Both the position numbers and the translations under genes were made by a program. A model generated the notes under the pieces. The model ran no database searches and had not been told where the DNA came from. It saw only the letters and a list, made by a program, of their open reading frames with translations. Shown here piece after piece: positions 20,701-29,250 of a stretch of 64,000 bases of DNA. The first letter of the stretch is position 1; each line of letters starts with the position of its first letter. Origin of the DNA: Candidatus Latescibacterota bacterium. Lineage in GTDB: Bacteria; Latescibacterota; UBA2968; GCA-2709665. The DNA is taken from the NCBI GenBank assembly GCA_965203805.1, contig OZ241917.1:1024001-1088000 (forward strand), written 5' to 3'.

Positions 20701-23438
20701 GCCACCACGTTCCCGCCCGATTCTCCGCCGCCGGGCCCAAGGTCGATAACCCAATCCGCCGTCTTGATGACATCCATGTTGTGTTCGATGACGACGACCG
20801 TATTGCCCAGATCCACGAGCCGGTGCAGTACCTTCAGCAGATTCTGTATATCCGAGAAGTGCAAGCCTGTCGTAGGTTCATCCAGAATATAAAGTGTAGA
20901 TCCTGTCTGTTTGCGGCACAACTCTTTAGACAGCTTCACACGTTGAGCTTCGCCACCGGATAACGTCGGCGCGGGCTGCCCCAGCTTTACGTAGCCCATG
21001 CCCACCTCGACCAGCACCTCGAGAATCCGATGGATCTGTGGCACCGCATCGAAGAAGGCGCAAGCCCGCTCCACCTCCATATCCAGCACGTCCGCGATGG
21101 ACGCCCCCCTGTACCGAATATCCAGCGTCTCCCGGTTGAATCGTTGCCCCTCGCATACCGGGCACGTCACCCAGACGTCGGCAAGGAAATCCATTTCAAC
21201 GACATTGGCGCCATTCCCGGTACAGGCTTCGCATCGGCCGCCCTTCACGTTGAAACTGAACCGGCCGGGGCGGTACCCTCTCACCCTGGATTCCCTGAGG
21301 TCCGCGTACAACGCTCTGATCGGGCCGAACACCCCGGTGTACGTGGCGGGATTGCTCCTGGGCGTGCGTCCGATGGGCTGCTGATCGATCTCAATCACCT
21401 TATCCAGGGCATCCATGCCTTCGATACGCTCGAATGCACCGGGTTCGGTCTCGGCGCGGTTCAGGTCTCGCGCCAGCGTTCTGTAGACAATGTCGTTAAT
21501 GAGCGAACTCTTCCCGGAACCGGATACCCCCGTTACGCAGTTGAAAACCCCGAGGGGAAGTTCGACGTCGATCCCCTTGAGGTTGTTCTGTCGCGCACCG
21601 AAAACGGAGAGGCACCGACCATTCTGCGCCCTTCGCCCCGGTATGGCAATCGATCGTCTTCCGGAGAGAAAGGCGCCCGTGCTTGACCGTTCCGAAAGCG
21701 CGATCTTCCGCCAGGATCCGCAAGCGACCACCTCCCCGCCCTTGTGACCGGCCCCCGGCCCGAAATCTACAATCCGGTCCGCACGCCTCATCGTCTCCTC
21801 GTCGTGCTCCACCACAATGATCGTGTTTCCCGCATCCCGCAGCAGGCACAGCGCGTCCAGCAGCCTTTTGTTGTCGCGCTGGTGCAGTCCGATCGACGGT
21901 TCGTCCAACACGTAGGTTACCCCGACCAGCCCGCTGCCGATCTGCCCCGCCAGCCGGATGCGCTGGGCCTCGCCGCCGGAAAGGGACGGCGCGGTCCGAT
22001 CCAGCGTCAGGTAATCGAGCCCGACGTCGAGCAGGAATCTGAGCCGGCCCAGAATCTCCTTGAGCGCATCCTCGCCGATCATGCGCCGGGTCGCCGTCAG
22101 GTTCAGTCCGTGGAAAAACGCGAAGGCATCCGCCACCGACATCGCTGCGACCGCCGGCAGCGACGTACCCTCGATCGTCACCGCAGCGGCTTCCGGTCTC
22201 AGACGCTCGCCCCGGCACGACGGACACCGCCCCGTCCGCATGTAAGGCCCCAGCCTTCGCCTCCATGCCGGAGAACCCGCCTCCGCGTACCGGCGTTCCA
22301 GTGGTGGGAAAATACCCTCGAAAGCATCGTGATGCGTCCAGACACGACCATCCCGCCGCTGCCATTCCAGCTGGATGCGGTCCTTCACGCCGTACAGCAG
22401 TTCCTCGCGAGCAGCCCCGGATAATTCCCGCCACGGCGTATCGACGTCCGCCCCGTGACGCTTCAATACACCGTTATAATAGTGTATCTTCCAGCGGTTC
22501 CGCGGTTCGCCGAGCGGCGCGATCGCCCCGTCCATGACCGACAGGGTGTCGTCCGGAACCGAGCGCTTCGGATCCAGGGCAATCTGAGTGCCGAGGCCCT
22601 TGCACGCGGAACACATTCCCTGCGGATTGTTGAAGGAAAACAGCTGAGGCGTGGGTTCCGTTGCGCTCAATCCGCACTTCGTGCAGGAGAAGTTGGAACT
22701 CAGCAGCAAATCCTCCCCGTCCTCGAATCCCACGATAAGGGTACCATTGCCGAATCCGAGTGCTGCATCGACCGCTTCCCCGATATGTCCATGTCCATCC
22801 GCCCGCACCACAAGCCGATCGACCACAAGGTCGATGTCGTGCCGGATGTGTCGTTCGAGTCGCTGCGAGTCCGTCAGCTGCACCATCCGTCCATCAACGC
22901 GGACACGGAGATAACCGTCCCTCTGCAGATCGTCGAACAGGTCCTGGTACTCCCCTTTTCGCCCGCGGACAAGCGGCGCCAGGACATAGATCCGCGTTCC
23001 GGCGCCCAACGCCATGATCCGATTCACAATACCGTCGCGCGTCTGACCGCCGATCGGCGTTCCGCACGATACGCAATGCGGCTCGCCAACCCTTGCATAC
23101 AGTACGCGAAGGTAGTCGTAGATCTCCGTCATCGTGCCAACCGTCGACCTGGGATTCCGTGCGGCAGTCTTCTGCTCTATAGACACCGTTGGCGAAAGGC
23201 CTGTAATCTGATCGACGTCGGGCTTTCGTATCTGCCCCAGAAACTGGCGCGCATACGCGGAAAGGGACTCGATATATCGACGCTGGCCCTCCGCAAAGAT
23301 CGTATCGAAGGCCAGCGAGGACTTTCCGGAGCCCGAAACGCCCGTGAAACAGATCAGTTGATTTCGAGGCACGGTGAGGTTCACATCCTTCAGGTTGTGA
23401 ACCCGCGCCCCTTTGATGACGATGTCTCGTGTTTCCAT
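17739..23438 (-). CDS. uvrA: Excinuclease ABC subunit A, double-length (two complete UvrA modules fused)
   Basis: 1899 aa with four GVSGSGKSS Walker A motifs, four LSGGEAQR signatures, two EGQRRY.ESLSAYARQFLGQ motifs and repeated CxxC zinc modules. Confidence 0.97.
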   Translation of the reverse strand: METRDIVIKGARVHNLKDVNLTVPRNQLICFTGVSGSGKSSLAFDTIFAEGQRRYIESLSAYARQFLGQIRKPDVDQITGLSPTVSIEQKTAARNPRSTVGTMTEIYDYLRVLYARVGEPHCVSCGTPIGGQTRDGIVNRIMALGAGTRIYVLAPLVRGRKGEYQDLFDDLQRDGYLRVRVDGRMVQLTDSQRLERHIRHDIDLVVDRLVVRADGHGHIGEAVDAALGFGNGTLIVGFEDGEDLLLSSNFSCTKCGLSATEPTPQLFSFNNPQGMCSACKGLGTQIALDPKRSVPDDTLSVMDGAIAPLGEPRNRWKIHYYNGVLKRHGADVDTPWRELSGAAREELLYGVKDRIQLEWQRRDGRVWTHHDAFEGIFPPLERRYAEAGSPAWRRRLGPYMRTGRCPSCRGERLRPEAAAVTIEGTSLPAVAAMSVADAFAFFHGLNLTATRRMIGEDALKEILGRLRFLLDVGLDYLTLDRTAPSLSGGEAQRIRLAGQIGSGLVGVTYVLDEPSIGLHQRDNKRLLDALCLLRDAGNTIIVVEHDEETMRRADRIVDFGPGAGHKGGEVVACGSWRKIALSERSSTGAFLSGRRSIAIPGRRAQNGRCLSVFGARQNNLKGIDVELPLGVFNCVTGVSGSGKSSLINDIVYRTLARDLNRAETEPGAFERIEGMDALDKVIEIDQQPIGRTPRSNPATYTGVFGPIRALYADLRESRVRGYRPGRFSFNVKGGRCEACTGNGANVVEMDFLADVWVTCPVCEGQRFNRETLDIRYRGASIADVLDMEVERACAFFDAVPQIHRILEVLVEVGMGYVKLGQPAPTLSGGEAQRVKLSKELCRKQTGSTLYILDEPTTGLHFSDIQNLLKVLHRLVDLGNTVVVIEHNMDVIKTADWVIDLGPGGGESGGNVVAEGTPEHIARSRRSFTGRSLRSTLKHGPDPVRHDGASDRRGRDRGPIREIQVAGARENNLRNVDVRIPREKLTVVSGVSGSGKSSLALDTVFAEGQRRYVESLSAYARQFLGQLPKPKVERVIGLSPAIAIEQKAASKNPRSTVGTVTEVYDYLRALFALIGKVYCPDCGVQAGALAVQQIVDRILAMPSGRRIYLLSPQRPGRGEDYHVLITRASRAGYLRGRLDGEVFELKTPGEIDYRQSHRLEILVDRVTLKPGVRKRIADSIEKALVLSGGVVIVASPDDVEETRFSQVLSCPKCGRSFDEITPQHLSFNSHEGWCDSCEGLGTQKGMGKNTLIPDPGKSLSEGAVPVLGRLKGGPLAALMRAVGDAGEFDLETPVAQMSQSALEALLYGTGERWISQSDGLRFRYKGLFNSLEELVRLSPRFREKLGELVEDVPCLACRGARLKPESAAVRLSGTTLCELVDLPIVSSRRWLEDLELTGPELDAVGEVIQEIRVRMRFLHEVGLGYLSLSRRAPTLSGGEAQRIRLASQIGSGLTGVLYVLDEPTIGLHQRDNRRLLAALARLRDLGNTLIVVEHDRETLETADHIVDFGPGAGSGGGTLVAEGHPKCLSTESGSLTAKYLEGTLAIASPPRRLALKGCVEVVGARHNNLRDLDVRFPLGMLIGVTGVSGSGKSSLVNDVLYGALAARLNGAHGAAGDHDDVRGMDGIDKVIRIDQSPIGFSPRSNPATYVKVFDRVRKLYAQLPDARIRGFSPGHFSFNHRKGRCEACKGLGSRCIEMHFLPDVWVTCEDCHGKRYNRDVVNVLYKGRSIADVLEMTVDEALRQFGNVPGIRRTLKTLADVGLGYIRMGQASTTLSGGEAQRVKLARELARPNTGKTVYLLDEPTTGLHVADVARLLDVLNRIVDAGNTVIVIEHNLDVIRTADWIIDLGPEGGENGGCLVAEGTPEEVARVDASHTGRFLRKLLDPGNSGLPPVPEVHA

Positions 23439-23640
23439 GAATCCGTCTCTCTACCCGGTTCCGCTTCAGGGAAAAACCCTGACTCCCGTATTTGCGGTCC
23501 GGACCGGACTTACACTGCGACACGCTGCGCCGGCTCCGTCCACCGGTCGCGACGAGCCACCGGGAAACCGGTTCAGCGTTGTGGTGAATCGTATGGGACA
23601 ACCGTTCCCTGCGGGTACCGGCACGCGACAATGGATTCGC

Positions 23641-23669
23641 AATATACTATCCAAATGTTCAGGTATCAA
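23641..23669 (-). promoter_or_regulatory. Putative sigma70 promoter for uvrA
   Basis: Minus strand TTGATA-N17-TATATT, about 200 nt upstream of the start codon. Confidence 0.55.
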
Positions 23670-23846
23670 GGAAAACCTATATTGGCGCCTGTGATAACAC
23701 GACTGCAACGCGACCGTCTGCCTCCCGCCGACGGGTTCCTGGCCGGGTCCCTGAAATCCGAGGCGATCCCTGCTACCAAACGATCAAAAGCGCCTTTATC
23801 CCCACGGACAAAGACGCTTTCGTTGACACTTCCGGTTGTGGGTTCG

Positions 23847-24200
23847 TTACTCGGGCGGCTGGGTCTTGAAGCTGGCCACCGCACGGTCCACCGTATCCAG
23901 GGTCCGGAAGATACCCGCCAGCTGCGTGACCATCAGAATACTCTCGATTTTCCGCGTAATGCCCGTGAGCCGCATATCTCCGCCCGCATGCCGAACGGTG
24001 GTCAGACTGGCAGTCATGACCCCCAGCATCGAACTGCCGAACCATTTCACCTTTGAAAAATCGACAACCACCCGGCTGATTCCGTCTTTAACCAGCCGTT
24101 TGATGTGGTCGTGAAACTCGGCCACTTCAGGGCCGGACATCAGGGCGCCCGTTACCGTGAGTACGGCAACGTCCTCCCGGATCTCCTCATTGATCTTCAT
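23847..24200 (-). CDS. STAS domain anti-sigma factor antagonist (SpoIIAA/RsbV-like)
   Basis: 117 aa; VVVDFSKVKWFGSSMLGVM (cf. D.S.V.F.DSSGLG), GGDMRL, ILMVTQL. Confidence 0.88.
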   Translation of the reverse strand: MKINEEIREDVAVLTVTGALMSGPEVAEFHDHIKRLVKDGISRVVVDFSKVKWFGSSMLGVMTASLTTVRHAGGDMRLTGITRKIESILMVTQLAGIFRTLDTVDRAVASFKTQPPE

Positions 24201-24454
24201 GGTTCTTCCCCCTCAATGGTTTCTGGTTGCAACCAACTGCTGCATCGTTCGAAATAACACGTTTTATACATCAGATTCCGCAAAGAGTTGCCGCAGTTCC
24301 AATATAAATGCTAATCTGTCAGGGATCAAGCAAGGAATTTTGCGGGGTCGGGTATTTTGGCGGTTTTCGCCTTGACAAAGCCCTGTTCGACCGCTTATTT
24401 ACTGGCGCTGAACCCGCGACAATAAACATTCCGTCACAAGAGAAGGCAAGCGTT

Positions 24455-25249
24455 ATGGAACTTGGATGCAGTACGATACTATACGGCGGATATGACCTGA
24501 ACGTCGCCTTGGAGCGGATACGGTCGGCCGGCTACCGGGCCATCGAACTCTGTTGTATTCCGGGGATGGCCCCTCACCTGTCCATTGGCGAAAGCAACGC
24601 GTATTACCGTGATGTCAGACGCCTGGCCGCGAACCACAGGTTGGAAATCGAATCGCTCGGCGCGAGCGGCAATCTGGACGACGAGGACCGCTTCCTTCAG
24701 ATCCTGGACGCTGCGAACGCACTCGGCGCGCCCATGGTCACGACAGGTCCGGGGGGTAAACCGGACGACGAACCGGAATTCAACGCCACCGTTGAAAGAA
24801 TCAACCGTCTTGCGGGCCAGGCCGCCCGCCGCGGCGTGCGGCTCAGCATCAAGCCTCACGTGGGCAACGCAGTCTACAACACGGACACCGCGTACCGCTT
24901 CATGCAACAGGTCGATCCACGCCGGGTGGGCATCAACTACGACGCCACCCACATCTGGCGCAGCCCGCAGCGGGAAGTGCCCGAGGAAACGATCGGCAGA
25001 ATCAGTAAATACATCTCTTCGGTAAGAATCCGTGACGTAAAAGGCAGGCAGACCGCAATTGGACCGGTGGAGACCCAGGTGGCCGGCAACGGGGATATGG
25101 ATCTCCACGCCCAGGCGCGCGCGTTCGGGGCGATTCCGGGGATCGAGTACGCCGTTCTCGAGATCGTAGGTACGCGGGACATGGGCGTGGATGAGATTGA
25201 CAGCGTTGTCAGGCGTTCCTACGATTACTTCAGCCCGCTGTTCGTGTGA
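24455..25249 (+). CDS. Sugar phosphate isomerase/epimerase family TIM barrel
   Basis: AGYRAIEL, GVRLSIKPH, VGINYDATH, VRIRD, GNGDMD, VLE. Confidence 0.82.
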   Translation: MELGCSTILYGGYDLNVALERIRSAGYRAIELCCIPGMAPHLSIGESNAYYRDVRRLAANHRLEIESLGASGNLDDEDRFLQILDAANALGAPMVTTGPGGKPDDEPEFNATVERINRLAGQAARRGVRLSIKPHVGNAVYNTDTAYRFMQQVDPRRVGINYDATHIWRSPQREVPEETIGRISKYISSVRIRDVKGRQTAIGPVETQVAGNGDMDLHAQARAFGAIPGIEYAVLEIVGTRDMGVDEIDSVVRRSYDYFSPLFV

Positions 25250-25341
25250 GAAGTAACCAATCGCGACGATTCGCACGGCATCCGTCTGTCTACCCGGCTT
25301 ACGGTGTTGAACGTTCCCGGTTTCCGTCAAGGAGCATTGAC

Positions 25342-26364
25342 ATGATCCGCGTTGGCGTAATCGGCATGCGCGGCATTGGCAGCCAACATGCAGAAGCTTA
25401 CCTGAAAAACAGCAAATCCGACCTTGCGGCCGTCTGCGACGTGGTCAAGGAACGGGCGGACAGCGCGGCCGAGCGGTTTGGCGCGAAGTCATATTACAAC
25501 GTGTCGGAGATGCTTCGTTGCGAAGAACTCGATGCAGCGAGCGTGGCGACGGGCGGGTTTGAAAACGGCGGCGACCATTACGAACCCGCCATCCAGTGCA
25601 TGGAAGCCGGTATCAACGTCCTGTGTGAAAAACCCATAAGCAACAACATCCATCACGCCCGCCAAATGGTCGATAAAGCGCGGGCGTGCGACATCCGTTT
25701 CGGCATCAACCTGAACCACCGGTTCGTTCCGCCCGCGGCCAAGGCCAGAGGCTGGATTGAGGAGGGCCGGCTCGGTCGCCTGCTGATCATCAACATGACC
25801 ATGTGGATCGGGAACCCCAACGAGACGTCTCCGTGGTTCCACCTCAGGGCCCTTCACCCTCACTCGATCGACATTATGCGATTCTTCTGCGGAAATGTGA
25901 AACGGGTACAGGCCTTTCTGAACAAGGCGCCCGGACGAAGCGGAGACCGTGAGACGGTATGCTGGTCCAACGCGCAGATCAACATGCATTTCGAAAACGA
26001 CGTCGTGGGTCACCTTACCGGCAGCTACGACACCAATCCCGCCCACAACCTGGAACGCTGCGAGGTGATGGGGACCGAAGGCCGTTTCGTCCTCGACAAC
26101 TGTTTCGAAGGCCTGACTCTCTATCCAAGACGATCCGAGGAACTTACGGTCGTACGTAACTCCATTATGGGCGGTCTGGTCTTCGAAGACACCTTCCCCA
26201 GACGAATCAATCGATGGATCGAACAGCTGGACGAGGGCGCGCCTCAATCGGAAATCGAAGGGTCCGGCGAAGAAGGACTCGCCGTACAGGAAGTCATCGA
26301 AGCGGCCATCCGATCGTGGGAAGAACGTTCAATTGCGGACGTGCCAATCGTACCCGGCGCGTGA
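25342..26364 (+). CDS. Gfo/Idh/MocA oxidoreductase
   Basis: RVGVIGMRGIG, AVCD, NVLCEKP, NHRF, HSID. AAGGAG RBS before ATG 25342. Confidence 0.9.
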   Translation: MIRVGVIGMRGIGSQHAEAYLKNSKSDLAAVCDVVKERADSAAERFGAKSYYNVSEMLRCEELDAASVATGGFENGGDHYEPAIQCMEAGINVLCEKPISNNIHHARQMVDKARACDIRFGINLNHRFVPPAAKARGWIEEGRLGRLLIINMTMWIGNPNETSPWFHLRALHPHSIDIMRFFCGNVKRVQAFLNKAPGRSGDRETVCWSNAQINMHFENDVVGHLTGSYDTNPAHNLERCEVMGTEGRFVLDNCFEGLTLYPRRSEELTVVRNSIMGGLVFEDTFPRRINRWIEQLDEGAPQSEIEGSGEEGLAVQEVIEAAIRSWEERSIADVPIVPGA

Positions 26365-26435
26365 ACGGGTTGGAGCGCCGCTGCCAACATCGGAACACGA
26401 TTGCCAATGAAGTATCCAATTTCCGTCCGGACAGA

Positions 26436-27683
26436 ATGAAGACCGAACTCAATGGCGTGACGTATCGCCTTCCCCGGGTTCCGGTATCCGTCATTTGCGT
26501 CGACGGCGGAGATCCGGAGTACTTCGAGGCGGCGCGGACAGCCGGGGCGATTCCCACGATCGCGCGGTTTATGGAAACCGGGTACAACGGCACCGCCCAC
26601 TGCGCCATTCCGAGCTTTACCTGTCCCAATAACGTCTCCATCGCCACTGGCGCCCCGCCCGCCGTACACGGCGTTTCGGGAAATTTCTGTCTGGACCGGC
26701 GCACCCGCAAAGCGGTTCCGATGACATGCCCGTCGATGATGCGTTCGCGGACGATATTCGACGTCGTTTCGAAGGCCGGCGTCGAGACGGCGGTCATCAC
26801 GGCCAAGGACAAACTCCGCAGACAACTCGGCAAGGGTATGAACGTGGGGAACGGAAGCCTCTGTTTCTCGTCCCAGCGAGCGGACCGCTGTACGCTTCGG
26901 GAGAACGGCATTCAGGACGCGCTCGGCTGGGTCGGCAGGCCATTACCCGACATGTATTCCGACGCCCTGTCGCTCTTCGTACTTGACGCCGGCGTCCGGT
27001 TCCTCGAAAGAGACAGCCGGCCGCGGCTGGCGTACCTGTCGCTCACAGACTACATTCAGCATAGATATCCGCCGGATCATCCCGCGGCTCTCGATTTTTA
27101 TCGATCGCTCGACCGGCGCTGCGCGCGGCTCGATCGGCTGGGCGCCACCGTCGCGCTCGTGGCCGATCACGGCATGACGGACAAGTGCGCGCCGGACGGG
27201 ACGTACAATATCATCTGGCTGCAGGAACTGCTGGACCGTCGTTTCGGAACGGGAGCAACGCGTGTCATCTGTCCGATCACCGACGCGTTCGTTGGGCATC
27301 ACGCTGCGTTGGGAGGATTCGTCAGGGTCTACTGCTTCGACGACCTGGAGGTCCGCGAGGCCATCCGCTTTATAGCGTGCATCGACGGGATCGGGGCTGT
27401 CATGGCGCGAGCAGATGCGGCGGCGCGGTTCAATCTGCCTGTAGACGTGGAAGCCGACGCGGTGGTAATCGCCGCCGACGCGTTCTGTATCGGCGCCTCC
27501 CGGGTCGACCATGATCTTGCGGGGCTGCATGGCGAACGCCTGCGATCGCACGGCGGCTTTTCGGAGCAGGAGGTACCGCTCATCCTCAACCGCCCGCTCA
27601 CCGCCGAATACCTGGCGCGCACCGCGTCGGAACAGCTGATGAATTACCACGTTTTTGAATTGGCGCTGAACGGCGTCGCGTGA
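26436..27683 (+). CDS. phnA: Phosphonoacetate hydrolase
   Basis: VICVDG, PSFTCPNN.SIATG..PAVHG.SGN, TAKDKLRRQLG, YLSLTDYIQH, ADHGM, ICPITD, LRSHGG; alkaline-phosphatase-fold PhnA signatures. Confidence 0.88.
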   Translation: MKTELNGVTYRLPRVPVSVICVDGGDPEYFEAARTAGAIPTIARFMETGYNGTAHCAIPSFTCPNNVSIATGAPPAVHGVSGNFCLDRRTRKAVPMTCPSMMRSRTIFDVVSKAGVETAVITAKDKLRRQLGKGMNVGNGSLCFSSQRADRCTLRENGIQDALGWVGRPLPDMYSDALSLFVLDAGVRFLERDSRPRLAYLSLTDYIQHRYPPDHPAALDFYRSLDRRCARLDRLGATVALVADHGMTDKCAPDGTYNIIWLQELLDRRFGTGATRVICPITDAFVGHHAALGGFVRVYCFDDLEVREAIRFIACIDGIGAVMARADAAARFNLPVDVEADAVVIAADAFCIGASRVDHDLAGLHGERLRSHGGFSEQEVPLILNRPLTAEYLARTASEQLMNYHVFELALNGVA

Positions 27684-27702
27684 GCGCCGCCGTTCAGCGC
27701 CA
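27661..27702. repeat. 15-bp perfect inverted repeat spanning the phnA stop codon
   Basis: TGGCGCTGAACGGCG (27661-27675) and CGCCGTTCAGCGCCA (27688-27702). Confidence 0.75.
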
Positions 27703-27778
27703 GACAGAGCTTCTGGAGCGAGCGGAATCGAAACGACGATCGGAAATGACGTAACCGGACAAAAAAGGAGTCGATGGC

Positions 27779-28162
27779 ATGAGCGAATCGAAGCTGTTCG
27801 AGGCCGCGTTCCCCTATGCCGACGATGTCCTCGCGCTTCCGGTGAAGGACATCGACGAAGCGTCAACCTGGTATTGTAAGGCGTTTGGACTCAAAGAAGC
27901 GGAGAGACACAGCGACCCGGTTCCCGCGGTGGTGCTTGAAAGGGACGGCGTCCGGATCGGATTCGCCGTCAATGGCGGCGATCCCGGGCAGGAAGGCGCG
28001 GCGATCCGCGTGTCCGATATTCACAGGGCGAGGCGGGAACTGGAAGAAAACGGTATCGAGACCGGCAACTGGAGGGTCGACGAGAACGACGGGCGAAAAT
28101 ACCAGGTCTTTTTCGTCGTTGCTCCGGACGCGCTCTGTTACTATTTCCACCAGCCGATCTAG
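27779..28162 (+). CDS. VOC (glyoxalase/bleomycin resistance) family protein
   Basis: LPVKDIDEASTWYCKAFG, IRVSDI, FFVVAPD; AAGGAG RBS. Confidence 0.8.
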   Translation: MSESKLFEAAFPYADDVLALPVKDIDEASTWYCKAFGLKEAERHSDPVPAVVLERDGVRIGFAVNGGDPGQEGAAIRVSDIHRARRELEENGIETGNWRVDENDGRKYQVFFVVAPDALCYYFHQPI

Positions 28163-28326
28163 TGTCCTGTCCCGGAAATACCTCACCATTCTTCCGCCGA
28201 TTCATCCCGTCTCGCAGCGTTGCCATCGCTCGCCGACCTGGCAAGGTCGCCTGCGCTCCGGCGCCTTGCGAGCCGGGCGACTCGACGGCCGAATTCAGGC
28301 AAGTTATTTCCGGGACAGAACACGAG
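28159..28326. mobile_element. MITE-like non-autonomous palindromic element (168 bp)
   Basis: Imperfect terminal inverted repeats CTAGTGTCCTGTCCCGGAAATA ... TATTTCCGGGACAGAACACGAG with a 14-bp perfect core (28167-28180 / 28305-28318); nested internal inverted repeats; no ORF. Confidence 0.7.
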
Positions 28327-28343
28327 GACGAACCCGCCAAATG

Positions 28344-28372
28344 AAACGGCCGGGCGGCGAGCCCGGCCGTTT
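28344..28372. terminator. Bidirectional intrinsic terminator between convergent genes
   Basis: AAACGGCCGGGC-GGCGA-GCCCGGCCGTTT, 12-bp perfect stem. Confidence 0.7.
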
Positions 28373-28415
28373 TGCATATGCGTCATCACGAAAACGAGGA
28401 TGGGGAAACGGGCGG

Positions 28416-29108
28416 CTATTGTTTCTTCTTCCTCTTTTTCTCTTTCCTGGCGAAGGATTTGGGGATATACGAGACCGCGTCGGGCGTTTTGCAGTTCGTG
28501 TCGCCGTGATCCACATCCACGGGACCGATCCGCTTTGCCGCCGCGATCGCCCGATCGCGGTAGTTCGCGTTGAAGGTCCCGATCGCAATGAGCGCGTTGT
28601 TCATCGCGTAGCGGACGCGATTGGGTTGGCTGTGAATCCGCGTCTCGATTCTCTCCAGACAGGCGTCGAGAAGCGCCTCGTCTATCTCGTCCCGCTCGTC
28701 AAGTACCATCTCCGTGAAGGTATTCCATCCCGCTGTGGCGACCCACTCGCCCCGCCTGGAGGTCCATTTCCTGAATCGGGTCAGTCCGGTCCTCGATGCG
28801 CTTGCCAGGGCGCCCAATTCCCCCGCCAGGATCGAGTTGTCGATATCCCGCGCCCAGACGTCGAGTTGGCCGGCGTTCATCCTCATGGGGTCGGCGATCC
28901 GTGTGGCGAGGGCCCGGGCATCGTGGTTGCGGGTGGCCCACAATGCCTCGGCCAGCCGATGGTTCTGCCTGATCTTCCTGACCATCTTGTTCAGGTTGGC
29001 AAAGCTGACGCCGTACATCGGCGGATTGATGCCGTGCCTCGCATAAACCTTGCGGTTCTGTGCGGTTCCGAGGGCTTCCAGCGCCGTGATCGTCTCGTCG
29101 AGCGTCAT
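28416..29108 (-). CDS. DNA alkylation repair protein (AlkD-like HEAT repeat)
   Basis: YGVSFANL..KI..NHRLAEALWAT.NHDARALA, NRVRYAMNNALIAIG, GPVDVDHGDTNCKTPDA. Confidence 0.85.
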   Translation of the reverse strand: MTLDETITALEALGTAQNRKVYARHGINPPMYGVSFANLNKMVRKIRQNHRLAEALWATRNHDARALATRIADPMRMNAGQLDVWARDIDNSILAGELGALASASRTGLTRFRKWTSRRGEWVATAGWNTFTEMVLDERDEIDEALLDACLERIETRIHSQPNRVRYAMNNALIAIGTFNANYRDRAIAAAKRIGPVDVDHGDTNCKTPDAVSYIPKSFARKEKKRKKKQ

Positions 29109-29250
29109 CGATTCCTCATCCCGTGGACATGCCGTACCCGCTCCGCAACGCCTGCCCAGGCCGGCGTTACGTCAACATATAGTGGAACTCGGGCCGGCTG
29201 CATCGGCGGTCTCATCACATATACGGCAGCGCGCCGGAACGGCGCGGCAC

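Noticed and set aside
23439-23700. LexA/SOS box upstream of uvrA
   Set aside because: Only half-sites (GAACA) are visible; no complete GAAC-N4-GTTC, CTGT-N8-ACAG or TGTTC-N4-GAACA.
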